Shown: piece after piece, positions 1 to 11,630 of the stretch
How the letters are laid out: every line of letters begins with the position of its first letter
Numbering within the stretch: the stretch's first letter is position 1
NCBI RefSeq assembly: GCF_964213995.1
Contig: NC_135808.1
Location: forward strand, 4,216,001 to 4,280,000
Source of the DNA: Mustelus asterias
Taxonomy: Eukaryota
Reading direction: 5' to 3'
Length of the DNA: 64,000 nucleotides
Position numbers and translations under genes: made by a program
Notes under the pieces: generated by a model
Database searches by the model: none
The model's input: the letters and a program-made list of their open reading frames with translations, nothing else
What the model was told of the DNA's origin: nothing

Positions 1-717
1 GGGCCACGGGAGGAGGCCAAGTGGGTGACGGCCAGGAAGGGTAAGGCTAGGGTGGTTGAGAGCACCCCGGTGGATTTGCCCCTGCACAACAAGTACTCCT
101 GCTTGAGTACTGCTGGGGGGGACAGCCCGCCTGGGGGAAGCAGCAGTGGCCGTGTCTCTGCAGTGGAGTCCAGCCCTGTAACTCAGAGGGCTAAGGAAAA
201 GAGGAGGAAGGCGGTATTAATCGGGGACTCGATGGTGAAGGGGACAGACAGGCGTTTCTGCGGAGGTAGGCGGGATTCTCGTATGGTGGTCTGCCTCCCT
301 GGGGCCGGGATCCAGGATGTCGCTAGTCGCGTCCCGGAAATCCTGAGGTGGGAGGGAGAGGAGCCTGAGGTAGCGGTACATATTGGTACCGCTGATGTGG
401 GTAGGAAGGGAGAAGGGGTCGTGAAAAGGGAGTACAGGGAATTAGGGAGACAGCTGAGAAAGAGGAAAGCAAAGGTAGTAATCTCAGGATTACTGCCTGT
501 GCCACGGGAAAGTGAGGGCAGGAATGGAGTGAGGTGGAGGATGAATGTGTGGCTGAGGGACTGGTGCAGGGGGCAGGGATTCAGGTTCCTGGACCATTGG
601 GACCTCTTTAGGGGCAGGGGTGATCTGTATACAAAAAACGGGTGGAACTTGAACCACACGGGGACCAATATCCTGGCCGGTAGGTTGGCTAAGGCTACTG
701 GGGAGAATTTAAACTAG
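1..717 (+). CDS. CR1 ORF1 (5'-partial), SGNH/GDSL esterase-like domain
   Basis: Frame is open from base 1 (GPREEAKWVTARK...). Motifs LIGDSMVK, CLPGA and VHIGT; ends ...ENLN* at TAG 715-717. Confidence 0.9.
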   Translation, partial: GPREEAKWVTARKGKARVVESTPVDLPLHNKYSCLSTAGGDSPPGGSSSGRVSAVESSPVTQRAKEKRRKAVLIGDSMVKGTDRRFCGGRRDSRMVVCLPGAGIQDVASRVPEILRWEGEEPEVAVHIGTADVGRKGEGVVKREYRELGRQLRKRKAKVVISGLLPVPRESEGRNGVRWRMNVWLRDWCRGQGFRFLDHWDLFRGRGDLYTKNGWNLNHTGTNILAGRLAKATGENLN

Positions 718-722
718 ATAGG

Positions 723-3700
723 TTGGGGGGAGGGGAGCTAGAAGAGTTGACTAGGATCAAGGAACTAATTGATGGGGGGGAGGATGCAGGGGTAAGGGGA
801 ATTACAAAATTAATGGTAGAGGAGAGGGTGCAAGTGAATGAAGGCAGTAATTTAGATAAGGGAGTAGAGGGAGAGGGTGTTCGCGACTCATCAAAGCGGG
901 TCCAGATAAAAGCTGGAATAAGGACACTTTGCCTGAATGCACGAAGCATTCGGAACAAGGTGAATGAGTTGATGGTGCAAATCAGCACAAGTGGGTACGA
1001 TCTAGTGGCCATTACAGAAACGTGGCTGAAAGGTGACCAGGACTGGGAGATGAATATCCAGGGGTATCAGGCGTTTAGGAAGAATAGACAGGAAGGAAAA
1101 GGTGGTGGGGTCGCGCTATTAATAAGAGATAATATCAGGGTAGTACTGAGGGATGACAGAGGCTCTGAGGAACAAAACGTGGAATCGTTATGGGTAGAGA
1201 TGAGGAATAGTAGAGGGAGAAAGACACTAGTAGGTGTGGTATATAGGCCCCCAAATAATAATGTTGAGGTGGGGAGGGCTATAAACAAGCAGATAAGGGA
1301 TGCGTGTAAAAACGGAACGGCAATAATCATGGGGGACTTCAACATGCACATTGACTGGCAGACTCAAGTCGGTAAGGGTGGAATGGAGGAAGAGTTCTTA
1401 GAATGCTGTCGGGATAGTTTCCTTGAACAGCATGTTACGGAACCGACGAGGGAACGAGCTATTTTGGATCTGGTATTGTGTAACGAGGTAGGTAGAATTA
1501 AGGATCTTATTGTGAAGGACCCTCTTGGGTCTAGTGACCACAATATGGTCGAATTTCTGATTCAGATGGAAGAGGAGAAAGTTTGGTCTCAAACCAGTGT
1601 CCTCTGTTTGAACAGAGGGAAATATGCTAGGATGAGGGATGAATTGGCTAAGGTAGACTGGGAGAGCAGGCTGGCAGGTAGGATAGCTGAGGAACAGTGG
1701 AGGATTTTTAAGGAGATCCTTTTCAGTTCTCAGCAAAAATATATTCCAGCAAAAAACAAGGATTGTAAGAAAAGGGAGAACCAGCCGTGGATAACGAAGG
1801 AAATAAAGGAGAGTATTAAAATAAAAACAGCTGCGTACAGAGTGGCCAAAAATAGTGGAGAAACAAGTGATTGGGAAAAATTTAAGAAACAACAAAGAGA
1901 GACTAAGAAAGCGATAAAGAAAGGAAGGATAGACTATGAAGCTAGGCTAGCAATTAATATAAAAAATGATAGTAAAAGTTTTTATAAATATATAAAAAGG
2001 AATAGAGTGGCTGGAGTGAATGTTGGACCCTTGGAGGACGAGAGGGGGGAGTTAATAGTGGGAAATGAGGATATGGCTGAGTCTTTAAATAAGTTTTTTG
2101 TGTCGGTCTTCACGGTGGAGGACACAAATAGTATGCCAAATATTAACGATAGAGGGTTGGCAGCAGGAGAAATACTTAATACGATTAATGTTACCAGAGA
2201 GGCAGTGCTGGGTAGACTAATGGGACTGAAGGTGGACAAGTCCCCGGGTCCGGATGGAATGCATCCCAGGGTATTGAAAGAAATGTCAGAGGTAATAGTG
2301 GATGCGTTAGTGATTATTTATCAAAACTCGTTGCATTCTGGGGTAGTGCCGGTTGATTGGAAAACGGCTAATGTTACGCCGCTGTTTAAAAAAGGAAGGA
2401 GACAAAAGGCGGGTAACTATAGGCCGGTCAGCTTAACGTCTGTAGTAGGGAAAATGCTGGAATCCATTATTAAAGAGGAGTTAGCAGGGCATCTGGATAG
2501 AAATGGTTCGATCAATCAGACGCAGCATGGATTCATGAGGGGAAAGTCGTGCTTGACGAACATGTTGGATTTTTATGAAGATGTGACTAGGGCGGTTGAT
2601 AGAGGAGAACCGGTGGATGCGGTGTTTTTGGATTTCCAAAAGGCGTTTGATAAGGTGCCCCATAAAAGGCTGCTGAAGAAGATTAGGGCACACGGAGTTG
2701 GGGGTAGTGTGTTAAAGTGGATTGGGGACTGGCTATCCGACAGGAAGCAAAGAGTCGGAATAAATGGGTGTTTTTCCGGTTGGAGGAAGGTAACTAGTGG
2801 CGTGCCGCAGGGATCGGTACTCGGGCCGCAACTGTTTACCATTTATATAGATGATCTGGAGGAGGGGACGGAGTGTAGGGTAACGAAGTTTGCAGACGAC
2901 ACAAAGATAAGTGGAAAAGTGAATCGTGTGGAGGACGGAGAAGATCTGCAGAGAGATTTGGACAGGCTGAGTGAGTGGGCGAGGATATGGCAAATGGAGT
3001 ATAACGTTGAGAAATGCGAGGTTATACACTTTGGAGGAAATAATAACAAATGGGATTACTATCTCAATGGAAACAAATTAAAACATGCTACCGTGCAAAG
3101 GGACCTGGGGGTCCTTGTGCATGAGACGCAAAAGCCCAGTCTGCAGGTACAACAGGTGATCAAGAAGGCAAATGGGATGTTGGCCTATATTGCGAGGGGG
3201 ATAGAATATAAAAGCAGGGATGTCTTGATGCACCTGTACAGGGCATTGGTGAGGCCGCAGCTGGAATACTGTGTGCAGTATTGGTCCCCTTATATGAGGA
3301 AGGATATATTGGCATTGGAGGGAGTGCAGAGAAGGTTCACCAGGTTGATACCGGAGATAAGGGGTTTGGATTATGAGGAGAGGCTGAGGAGATTGGGTTT
3401 GTACTCGTTGGAGTTTAGAAGGATGAGGGGGGATCTTATGGAGACTTATAAGATAATGCGGGGGCTGGATAGGGTGGAGGCGGAGAGATTCTTTCCACTT
3501 AGTAAGGAAGTTAAAACTAGAGGACACAGCCTCAAAATAAAGGGGGGTCGGTTTAGGACAGAGTTGAGGAGGAACTTCTTCTCCCAGAGGGTGGTGAATC
3601 TCTGGAATTCTCTGCCCACTGAGGTGGTGGAGGCTACCTCGCTGAATATGTTTAAAGCGCGGATGGATGGATTCCTGATCGGTAAGGGAATTAAGGGTTA

Positions 3701-3728
3701 TGGGGATCAGGCGGGTAAGTGGTACTGA
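723..3728 (+). CDS. CR1 ORF2: APE endonuclease plus reverse transcriptase
   Basis: LNARSIRNK, AITETWL, YRPP, MGDFN and SDH (APE); KSPGPDG, YRPVSLTS, LDFQKAFDKV, GVPQGSVLGP and FADD (RT). No stops over 1001 codons; frame open from 693; first ATG at 813. Confidence 0.97.
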   Translation: MGGGELEELTRIKELIDGGEDAGVRGITKLMVEERVQVNEGSNLDKGVEGEGVRDSSKRVQIKAGIRTLCLNARSIRNKVNELMVQISTSGYDLVAITETWLKGDQDWEMNIQGYQAFRKNRQEGKGGGVALLIRDNIRVVLRDDRGSEEQNVESLWVEMRNSRGRKTLVGVVYRPPNNNVEVGRAINKQIRDACKNGTAIIMGDFNMHIDWQTQVGKGGMEEEFLECCRDSFLEQHVTEPTRERAILDLVLCNEVGRIKDLIVKDPLGSSDHNMVEFLIQMEEEKVWSQTSVLCLNRGKYARMRDELAKVDWESRLAGRIAEEQWRIFKEILFSSQQKYIPAKNKDCKKRENQPWITKEIKESIKIKTAAYRVAKNSGETSDWEKFKKQQRETKKAIKKGRIDYEARLAINIKNDSKSFYKYIKRNRVAGVNVGPLEDERGELIVGNEDMAESLNKFFVSVFTVEDTNSMPNINDRGLAAGEILNTINVTREAVLGRLMGLKVDKSPGPDGMHPRVLKEMSEVIVDALVIIYQNSLHSGVVPVDWKTANVTPLFKKGRRQKAGNYRPVSLTSVVGKMLESIIKEELAGHLDRNGSINQTQHGFMRGKSCLTNMLDFYEDVTRAVDRGEPVDAVFLDFQKAFDKVPHKRLLKKIRAHGVGGSVLKWIGDWLSDRKQRVGINGCFSGWRKVTSGVPQGSVLGPQLFTIYIDDLEEGTECRVTKFADDTKISGKVNRVEDGEDLQRDLDRLSEWARIWQMEYNVEKCEVIHFGGNNNKWDYYLNGNKLKHATVQRDLGVLVHETQKPSLQVQQVIKKANGMLAYIARGIEYKSRDVLMHLYRALVRPQLEYCVQYWSPYMRKDILALEGVQRRFTRLIPEIRGLDYEERLRRLGLYSLEFRRMRGDLMETYKIMRGLDRVEAERFFPLSKEVKTRGHSLKIKGGRFRTELRRNFFSQRVVNLWNSLPTEVVEATSLNMFKARMDGFLIGKGIKGYGDQAGKWY

Positions 3729-3953
3729 TCCACGTCAGATCAGCCATGATCTTGTTGAATGGCGGGGCAGGCTCGAGGGGCTAGATGGCCTACTCCTGCT
3801 CCTATTTCTTATGTTCTTATAAACTAAATGTCTGTTTAAATTCTCTGATTTCAGAGTTACTGCCCAGGCCTGAAGCCTTTGACCTGCTGCTTATTGAGCA
3901 GACAAGCCAGAGCACAAGGTGACGACCCAAATTCCCCGTTTCTGCTCACTTAC

Positions 3954-3980
3954 CCTGGCTTGCCTTGTGCTTCTCATTTT
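3954..3980 (-). CDS. BTN gene B 27-nt juxtamembrane micro-exon (ENEKHKASQ)
   Basis: ttccactttcag|AAAATGAGAAG...CCAGG|gtaagt, phase 1-1, resembles gene A exon HLEKDLCKT. Confidence 0.75.
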
Positions 3981-4140
3981 CTGAAAGTGGAAGAAAGGAA
4001 GAACGGTGTGAGAAATAGCGCTAAACTCTGAGGAGGAATGTCCGTCTCGGCACAGTGCCCCCCCGTCCAAATCCTTCCCAATCGCTCATCAAAATAAAAC
4101 CAGTCACTGGCGTCAAGTAGGAAAGGGAGCAGCCAATCAG

Positions 4141-6140
4141 CGCACAGCAAGATCCCACAGGGCGCAGCGAGATCCCACAGTACACGGCGAGATCCCACAG
4201 TGCACGGCGAGATCCCACAGGGCACGGCGAGATCCCACAGTGCACGGCGAGATCCCACAGTGCACGGCGAGATCCCACAGTGCACGGCGAGATCCCACAG
4301 GGCGCAGCGAGATCCCACAGTACACGGCGAGATCCCACAGGGCGCAGCGAGATCCCACAGTACACGGCGAGATCCCACAGTGCACGGCGAGATCCCACAG
4401 GGCACGGCGAGATCCCACAGTGCACGGCGAGATCCCACAGTGCACGGCGAGATCCCACAGTGCACGGCGAGATCCCACAGGGCGCAGCGAGATCCCACAG
4501 TACACGGCGAGATCCCACAGGGCGCAGCGAGATCCCACAGTACACGGCGAGATCCCACAGGGCGCAGCGAGATCCCACAGGGCACGGCGAGATCCCACAG
4601 GGCGCAGCGAGATCCCACAGGGCACGGCGAGATCCCACAGGGCGCAGCGAGATCCCACAGTACACGGCGAGATCCCACAGTGCACGGCGAGATCCCACAG
4701 GGCACGGCGAGATCCCACAGGGCACGGCGAGATCCCACAGTGCACGGCGAGATCCCACAGTGCACGGCGAGATCCCACAGTGCACGGCGAGATCCCACAG
4801 GGCGCAGCGAGATCCCACAGTACACGGCGAGATCCCACAGGGCGCAGCGAGATCCCACAGTACACGGCGAGATCCCACAGTGCACAGCAAGATCCCACAG
4901 GGCACGGCGAGATCCCACAGGGCGCAGCGAGATCCCACAGGGCACGGCGAGATCCCACAGGGCGCAGCGAGATCCCACAGGGCACGGCGAGATCCCACAG
5001 GGCGCAGCGAGATCCCACAGTACGCGGCGAGATCCCACAGTGCACGGCGAGATCCCACAGTGCACGGCGAGATCCCACAGTGCACGGCGAGATCCCACAG
5101 GGCACGGCGAGATCCCACAGTGCACGGCGAGATCCCACAGTGCACGGCGAGATCCCACAGTGCACGGCGAGATCCCACAGTACACAGCAAGCTCCCACAG
5201 TACACAGCAAGCTCCCACAGTACACAGCAAGCTCCCACAGTACACAGCAAGCTCCCACAGTACACAGCAAGCTCCCACAGTACACAGCAAGCTCCCACAG
5301 TACACAGCGAGATCCCACAGTACACAGCGAGATCCCACAGTACACAGCGAGATCCCACAGTACACAGCGAGATCCCACAGTACACAGCAAGATCCCACAG
5401 TACACAGCGAGATCCCACAGTACACAGCGAGATCCCACAGTACACAGCGAGATCCCACAGTACACAGCGAGATCCCACAGTACACAGCGAGATCCCACAG
5501 TACACAGCAAGCTCCCACAGTACACAGCAAGCTCCCACAGTACACAGCAAGCTCCCACAGTACACAGCAAGCTCCCACAGTACACAGCAAGCTCCCACAG
5601 TACACAGCAAGCTCCCACAGTACACAGCAAGATCCCACAGTACACAGCAAGATCCCACAGTACACAGCAAGATCCCACAGTACACAGCAAGCTCCCACAG
5701 TACACAGCAAGCTCCCACAGTACACAGCAAGCTCCCACAGTACACAGCAAGCTCCCACAGTACACAGCAAGCTCCCACAGTACACAGCAAGCTCCCACAG
5801 TACACAGCAAGATCCCACAGTACACAGCAAGATCCCACAGTACACAGCAAGATCCCACAGTACACAGCAAGATCCCACAGTACACAGCAAGATCCCACAG
5901 TACACAGCAAGATCCCACAGTACACAGCAAGATCCCACAGTACACAGCAAGATCCCACAGTACACAGCAAGATCCCACAGTACACAGCAAGATCCCACAG
6001 TACACAGCAAGATCCCACAGTACACAGCAAGATCCCACAGTACACAGCAAGATCCCACAGTACACAGCAAGATCCCACAGTACACAGCAAGATCCCACAG
6101 TACACAGCAAGATCCCACAGTACACAGCAAGATCCCACAC
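4141..6140. repeat. 20-bp minisatellite, about 100 units (tacacagcaagatcccacag and variants)
   Basis: Exact 20-bp period over 2 kb with blocks of variant units. Confidence 0.98.
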
Positions 6141-6399
6141 TCAGTGCCCACAGACAGACAGACTGGGCCTCACTGACAGGCTGGGCCTCACTGACAGACA
6201 GACAGACTGGGCCTCACTGACAGACAGACTGGGCCCCGCAGTGTTAACAGCCTCCTGCCACTTTACACCTCCAATCCCAGCTCCCCATCCTGTCCAACAC
6301 TGATCTCTCCCATTCCAGAGCAGTTTATTCACTCAAAGTGCTCGGAATCTTTGGAACTCTCTTCCCCAGCGGATGTGGATCTGCCGTCTCGGAGTTATT

Positions 6400-6880
6400 T
6401 ACGGGATGTGGGTGTCGCTGGCTCGACCAGCATTTATTGCCCATCCCTAATTGCCCCTTGAGAAGGTGGTGGTGAGCTGCCTTCTTGAACCCGCTGCAGT
6501 CCCTGAGGTGTAGGAACACCCACAGTGCTGTTAGGGAGGGAATTCCAGGAATTTGACCCAGCGACAGTGAAGGAACGGCCGATATGTTTCCAAGTCAGGA
6601 CGGCGAGTGACTTGGAGGGGAACCTCCAGGTGGTGGGGGTGTTCCCAGGTAGCTTCTGCCCTTGTCCTTCTCGATCGAAGTATTAGTATATTTGGAAGGT
6701 GCTGCCTAAGGAACCGTGGTGAGTTCCTGCAGTGCATCTTGTAGATGGTTTACGCGGCTGCCTCTGTGCGCGGTGGTGGAGGGAGCGAATGTTTGTGGAA
6801 GGGGCAGCAATCAAGTGGGCTGCTTTGTCCTGGATGGTGTTGAGCTCCTTGCGTCTTGTTGGAGCTGCTCCCCTCCAGGC
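6400..6880 (-). mobile_element. 3' fragment of a second LINE family (also 19195-19990 -, 42150-43020 +, 44790-44890)
   Basis: Shared tail aagaaggcagctcaccaccaccttctcaaggg...gggcaataaat; the 42150 copy shows decayed RT C-terminal coding (QDLDNIQAWADK, YKTQVRSVMDYSPLAW). Confidence 0.7.
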
Positions 6881-7262
6881 GAGTGCATTCGAGACAGAGC
6901 TCGATAGTATTTTGATTTCCCGGATAATACGGGAGAAGTGCAGTTGAGAAGATCTGCCATGATAGTATTGAATGGCAGAGCAGGTTCAAGGGGCTGAATG
7001 GCCTCTTGTTCCTATTTCTGATGAACACCATTGGCTTCAAAATGGATTGGGAAATCCTGAGGGCATGAGCGCTGCCACAGAAATGCAAATCTTTCTGAAT
7101 CTCCCTGGAGACATCCAGACGGAGGTAGTTCAGTGTTGTATCGCGAGCCTCCAGATGACAGTATCGCAGACAGTCTTCTCTCTAACACGACAACTGTACT
7201 CCCACATCACCGGCTTCTCATTCCCCCCAATATCTAACTCTCCGTTACTAATGGTTACTCAC

Positions 7263-7289
7263 CGATTTCACCCCTCAGCACATGATTTT
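7263..7289 (-). CDS. BTN gene B 27-nt micro-exon (ENHVLRGEI)
   Basis: tcctgttacag|AAAATCAT...AATCG|gtgagt, phase 1-1. Confidence 0.8.
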
Positions 7290-7714
7290 CTGTAACAGGA
7301 CAAAAAAACAGCATCAAATCAGCAGAGACCCTTCACCCCTCAAACCATCTCCTATCCCAAACCCACACCACTGGTCCTCATCCAAATGGCAGGAACCGTC
7401 TGCCACTGTCTCAGTCTGACAGTGAAACAGAGCAGCGCCTCGGGGGGGAAGGAAAATAAACCACAGAACAAGGGGGCAAGAGGGGGCAGTGAGGAGAGGG
7501 GGGATATTGAAACAGTAACGCTGCACTGTGTGACAGAGGGAAGGATAGAGGGTCTCTGGGGCTCCGGATGGAGGGTGAGCACGGTCAGGTACAGAGGGAG
7601 GGTCTCGGGACAGATACGATATCATTCAGGGTCAGACTGTGAATTCCTCCCAACTGGGAAATCACAGATTGTGACTTCAGTCCGTTTCCCGCAGTCTCAT
7701 TAAACATCACTTAC

Positions 7715-7741
7715 CAAGCAAGCCTGCAGATTTCTCTAAAC
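7715..7741 (-). CDS. BTN gene B 27-nt micro-exon (GLEKSAGLL)
   Basis: tttctttacag|GTTTAGAG...CTTG|gtaagt, phase 1-1. Confidence 0.8.
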
Positions 7742-8000
7742 CTGTAAAGAAATGCAAGAACTGAATTAGTATCAGACGCATCGTGACTCTCCCGGCACTC
7801 TCCCTCTGTCAGACTGGAGCCGAACGTGCCGGGTTAATAACACATTAACAAAATCCACTGAGAGACAACTCTCCACAGACACTGTCAGCCAGGCGGAGAG
7901 CTCATCACACTTAGTGATTTGATTTTGTGTCAGGGATCATTAGTCTCTGCATACAGTTAATCCGAGATGAGGTTTCAATGTTTGAAGCTGAAGATCTCAC

Positions 8001-8120
8001 CTTGGATCTTACTCTGTAATTTTCGATAGAACCAAAACATGAGACAGACTGCAGCAAGTACCAGGAAGAACAGGATCCAGAAGGCAACCATCCACCCAGA
8101 AGCATGGGGAAAGAAGACAT
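8001..8120 (-). CDS. BTN gene B transmembrane exon (DVFFPHASGWMVAFWILFFLVLAAVCLMFWFYRKLQSKIQ)
   Basis: 120-nt phase-1 exon with AG/GT, BTN-type FFP..S.W motif and a hydrophobic helix; same length as the gene A TM exon; absent from the ORF track. Confidence 0.88.
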
Positions 8121-8154
8121 CTGAATCGACAGAAAAAAGCAGTTAGCCGCTTGA

Positions 8155-11100
8155 GAGCCGGTTCCCCCTCCCTCACTGTCCCGGAACCGGTTCCCCTGCA
8201 CTCACTGTCCCGGAACCGGTTCCCCCCTCACTCACTGTCCCGGAACCGGTTCCCCCCTCACTCACTGTCCCGGAACCGGTTCCCCCCTCACTCACTGTCC
8301 CGGAACCGGTTCCCCCCTCACTCACTGCCCCGGAACCGGTACCCCCCGCACTCACTGTCCCGGAACCGGTTCCCCCCTCACTCACTGTCCCGGAACCGGT
8401 TCTCCCCTCACTCACTGTCCCGGAACCGGTTCCCCCCTCACTCACTGTCCCGGAACCGGTTCCCCTGCACTCACTGTCCCGGAACCGGTTCCCCCCTCAG
8501 TCACTGTCCCAGAACCGGTTCCCCCTCCCTCACTGTCCCGGAACCGGTTCCCCTGCACTCACTGTCCTGGAACCGGTTCCCCCGCACTCACTGTCCCGGA
8601 ACCGATTCCCCCCTCACTCACTGCCCCGGAACCGGTTCCCCCCTCACTCACTGCCCCGGAACCGGTTCCCCCCGCACTCACTGTCCCGGAACCGGTTCCC
8701 CCCTCACTCACTGTCCCGGAACCGGTTCTCCCCTCACTCACTGCCCCGGAACCGGTTCCCCCTCACTCACTGCCCCGGAACCGGTTCTCCCCTCACTCAC
8801 TGTCCCGGAACCGGTTCCCCCTCACTCACTGTCCCAGAACCGATTCCCCCCTCACTCACTGTCCCGGAACCGGTTCCCCCCTCACTCACTGTCCCGGAAC
8901 CGGTTCTCCCCTCACTCACTGTCCCAGAACCGGTTCCCCCTCACTCACTGTCCCGGAACCGGTTCCCCCCTCACTCACCGTCCCGGAACCGGTTCCCCCC
9001 TCACTCACTGTCCCGGAACCGGTTCCCCCCTCACTCACTGTCCCGGAACCGGTTCCCCCCTCACTCTCTGTCCTGGAACCGGTTCCCCCCTCATTACTGT
9101 CCTGGAACCGGTTCCCCCTCACTCACTGTCCCGGAACCGGTTCTCCCCTCACTCACTGCCCCGGAACCGGTGCCCCCTCACTCACCGTCCCGGAAACGGT
9201 TCCCCCTCACTCACTGTCCCGGAACCGGTTCCCCCCTCACTCACTGTCCCGGAACCGGTTCCCCCCGCACTCACTGTCCCGGAACCAGTTCCCCCCCTCA
9301 CTCACTGTCCCGGAACCGGTTCCCCCCTCACTCACCGTCCCGGAACCAGTTCCCCCTCACTCACTGTCCCGGAACCGGTTCCCCCTCACTCACCGTCCCG
9401 GAACCGGTTCCCCCTCCCTCACTGTCCCGGAACCGGTTCCCCCTTCACTCACCGTCCCGGAACCGGTTCCCCCCTCACTCACTGTCCCGGAACCAGTTCC
9501 CCCGCAGTCACCATTCGGGAACCGGTTCCCCCCTCACTCACTGCCCCGGAACCGGTTCCCCCTCACTCACTGTCCCGGAACCGGTTCCCCCCTCACTCAC
9601 TGTCCCGGAACCGGTTCTCCCCTCACTCACTGTCCCGGAAATGGTTCCCCCTCACTCACTGTCCCGGAACAGGTTCTCCTTCACTCACTGTCCCGGAACC
9701 GGTTCCCCCTCCCTCACTGTCCCGGCACTGGTTCCCCCCTCACTCACTGTCCCGGAACCGGTTCCCCCTCACTCACTGTCCCGGAACCGGTTCCCCCTTC
9801 ACTCACTGTCCTGGAACCGGTTCCCCCCTCACTCACCGTCCCGGAACCGGTTCCCCCTCACTCACTGTCCCGGAACCAGTTCCCCCGCAGTCACCATTCC
9901 GGAACCGGTTCCCCCTCACTCACTGTCCCGGAACCGGTTCCCCCCTCACTCACTGTCCTTGAACCGGTTCCCCCTCAGTCACTGTCCTGGAACCGGTTCC
10001 CCCCGCACTCACTGTCCTGGAACCGGTTCCCCCCGCACTCACTGTCCCGGAACCGGTTCCCCCTCACTCACTGTCCTGGAACCGGTTCCCCCCTCACTCA
10101 CCGTCCCGGAACCGGTTCCCCCCTCACTCACTGTCCCGGAACCGGTTCCCCCCTCACTCACTGTCCCGGAACCGGTTCCCCCCTCACTCACTGTCCTGGA
10201 ACCGGTTCCCCCCTCACTCACCGTCCCGGAACCGGTTCCCCCCTCACTCACTGTCCCGGAACCGGTTCCCCCCTCACTCACTGTCCCGGAACCGGTTCCC
10301 CCCTCACTCACTGTCCTGGAACCGGTTCCCCCCTCATTACTGTCCTGGAACCGGTTCCCCCTCACTCACTGTCCCGGAACCGGTTCACCCCGCACTCACT
10401 GTCCCGGAACCGGTTCCCCCCTCACTCACTGTCCCGGAACCGGTTCCCCCCTCACTCACTGTCCTGGAACCGGTTCCCCCCTCACTCACTGTCCCGGAAC
10501 CGGTTCCCCCTCACTCACTGTCCCGGAACCGGTTCCCCCCTCACTCACTGTCCCGGAACCGGTTCCCCCCGCACTCACTGTCCCGGAACCGGTTCCCCCC
10601 GCACTAACCGTTCCGGAACCGGTTCCCCCCTCACTCACCGTCCCGGAACCGGTTCCCCCCTCACTAACCGTTCCGGAACCGGTTCCCCCCTCACTCACCG
10701 TCCCGGAACCGGTTCCCCCCTCACTCACTGTCCCGGAAATGGTTCTCCCCTCACTCACTGTCCCGGAAATGGTTCCCCCCTCACTCACTGTCCCGGAACC
10801 GGTTCCCCCCTCACTCACTGTCCCGGAACCGGTTCCCCTGCACTCACTGTCCCGGAACCGGTTCCCCCCTCTCTCACTGTCCCGGAACCGGTTCCCCCCT
10901 CTCTCACTGTCCCGGAACCGGTTCCCCTGCACTCACTGTCCCGGAACCGGTTCCCCCCTCTCTCACTGTCCCGGAACCGGTTCCCCCCTCACTCACTGTC
11001 CCAGAACCGGTTCCCCCCTCACTCACTGTCCCGGAAATGGTTCTCCCCTCACTCACTGTCCCGGAAATGGTTCCCCCCTCACTCACTGTCCCGGAACCGG

Positions 11101-11630
11101 TTCCCCCCTCACTCACTGTCCCGGAAATGGTTCCCCCCTCACTCACTGTCCCGGAACCGGTTCCCCCCGCACTCACTGTCCCGGAACCGGTTCCCCCCTC
11201 ACTCACTGTCCCGGAAATGGTTCCCCCCTCACTCACTGTCCCGGAACCGGTTCCCCCCGCACTCACTGTCCCGGAACCGGTTCCCCCCTCACTCACTGTC
11301 CCGGAACCGGTTCCCCCCTCACTCACTGTCCTGGAACCGGTTCCCCCCTCACTCACCGTCCCGGAACCGGTTCCCCCCTCACTCACTGTCCCGGAACCGG
11401 TTCCCCCCTCACTCACTGTCCCGGAACCGGTTCCCCCCTCACTCACCGTCCCGGAACCGGTTCCCCCCTCACTCACTGTCCCGGAACCGGTTCCCCCCTC
11501 ACTCACTGTCCCGGAACCGGTTCCCCCCTCACTCACTGTCCCGGAACCGGTTCCCCCCTCACTCACTGTCCCGGAACCGGTTCCCCCCTCACTCACTGTC
11601 CCGGAACCGGTTCCCCCCGCACTCACTGCC
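8155..11630. repeat. About 30-bp minisatellite (ctcactcactgtcccggaaccggttccccc), about 115 units
   Basis: Direct tandem period; most units contain the palindrome GGAACCGGTTCC. Confidence 0.98.

Larger units (their letters stand above)
1..3820 (+). mobile_element. Near full-length, apparently intact CR1-clade LINE (5' end outside window), antisense within an intron of BTN gene B
   Basis: Uninterrupted ORF1 and ORF2, typical CR1 3' UTR (cagatcagccatgatct...gaatggcgg...ggcctactcctgctcct) and terminal ttcttatgttcttat repeat ending at 3820. Confidence 0.95.

Noticed and set aside
3974-6303. Six 650-725 aa ORFs in all frames
   Set aside because: Translations of a stop-free 20-bp minisatellite inside a BTN intron.
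7210-7235. Additional gene B micro-exon
   Set aside because: The candidate is 23 nt (frame-breaking) with weak splice sites.
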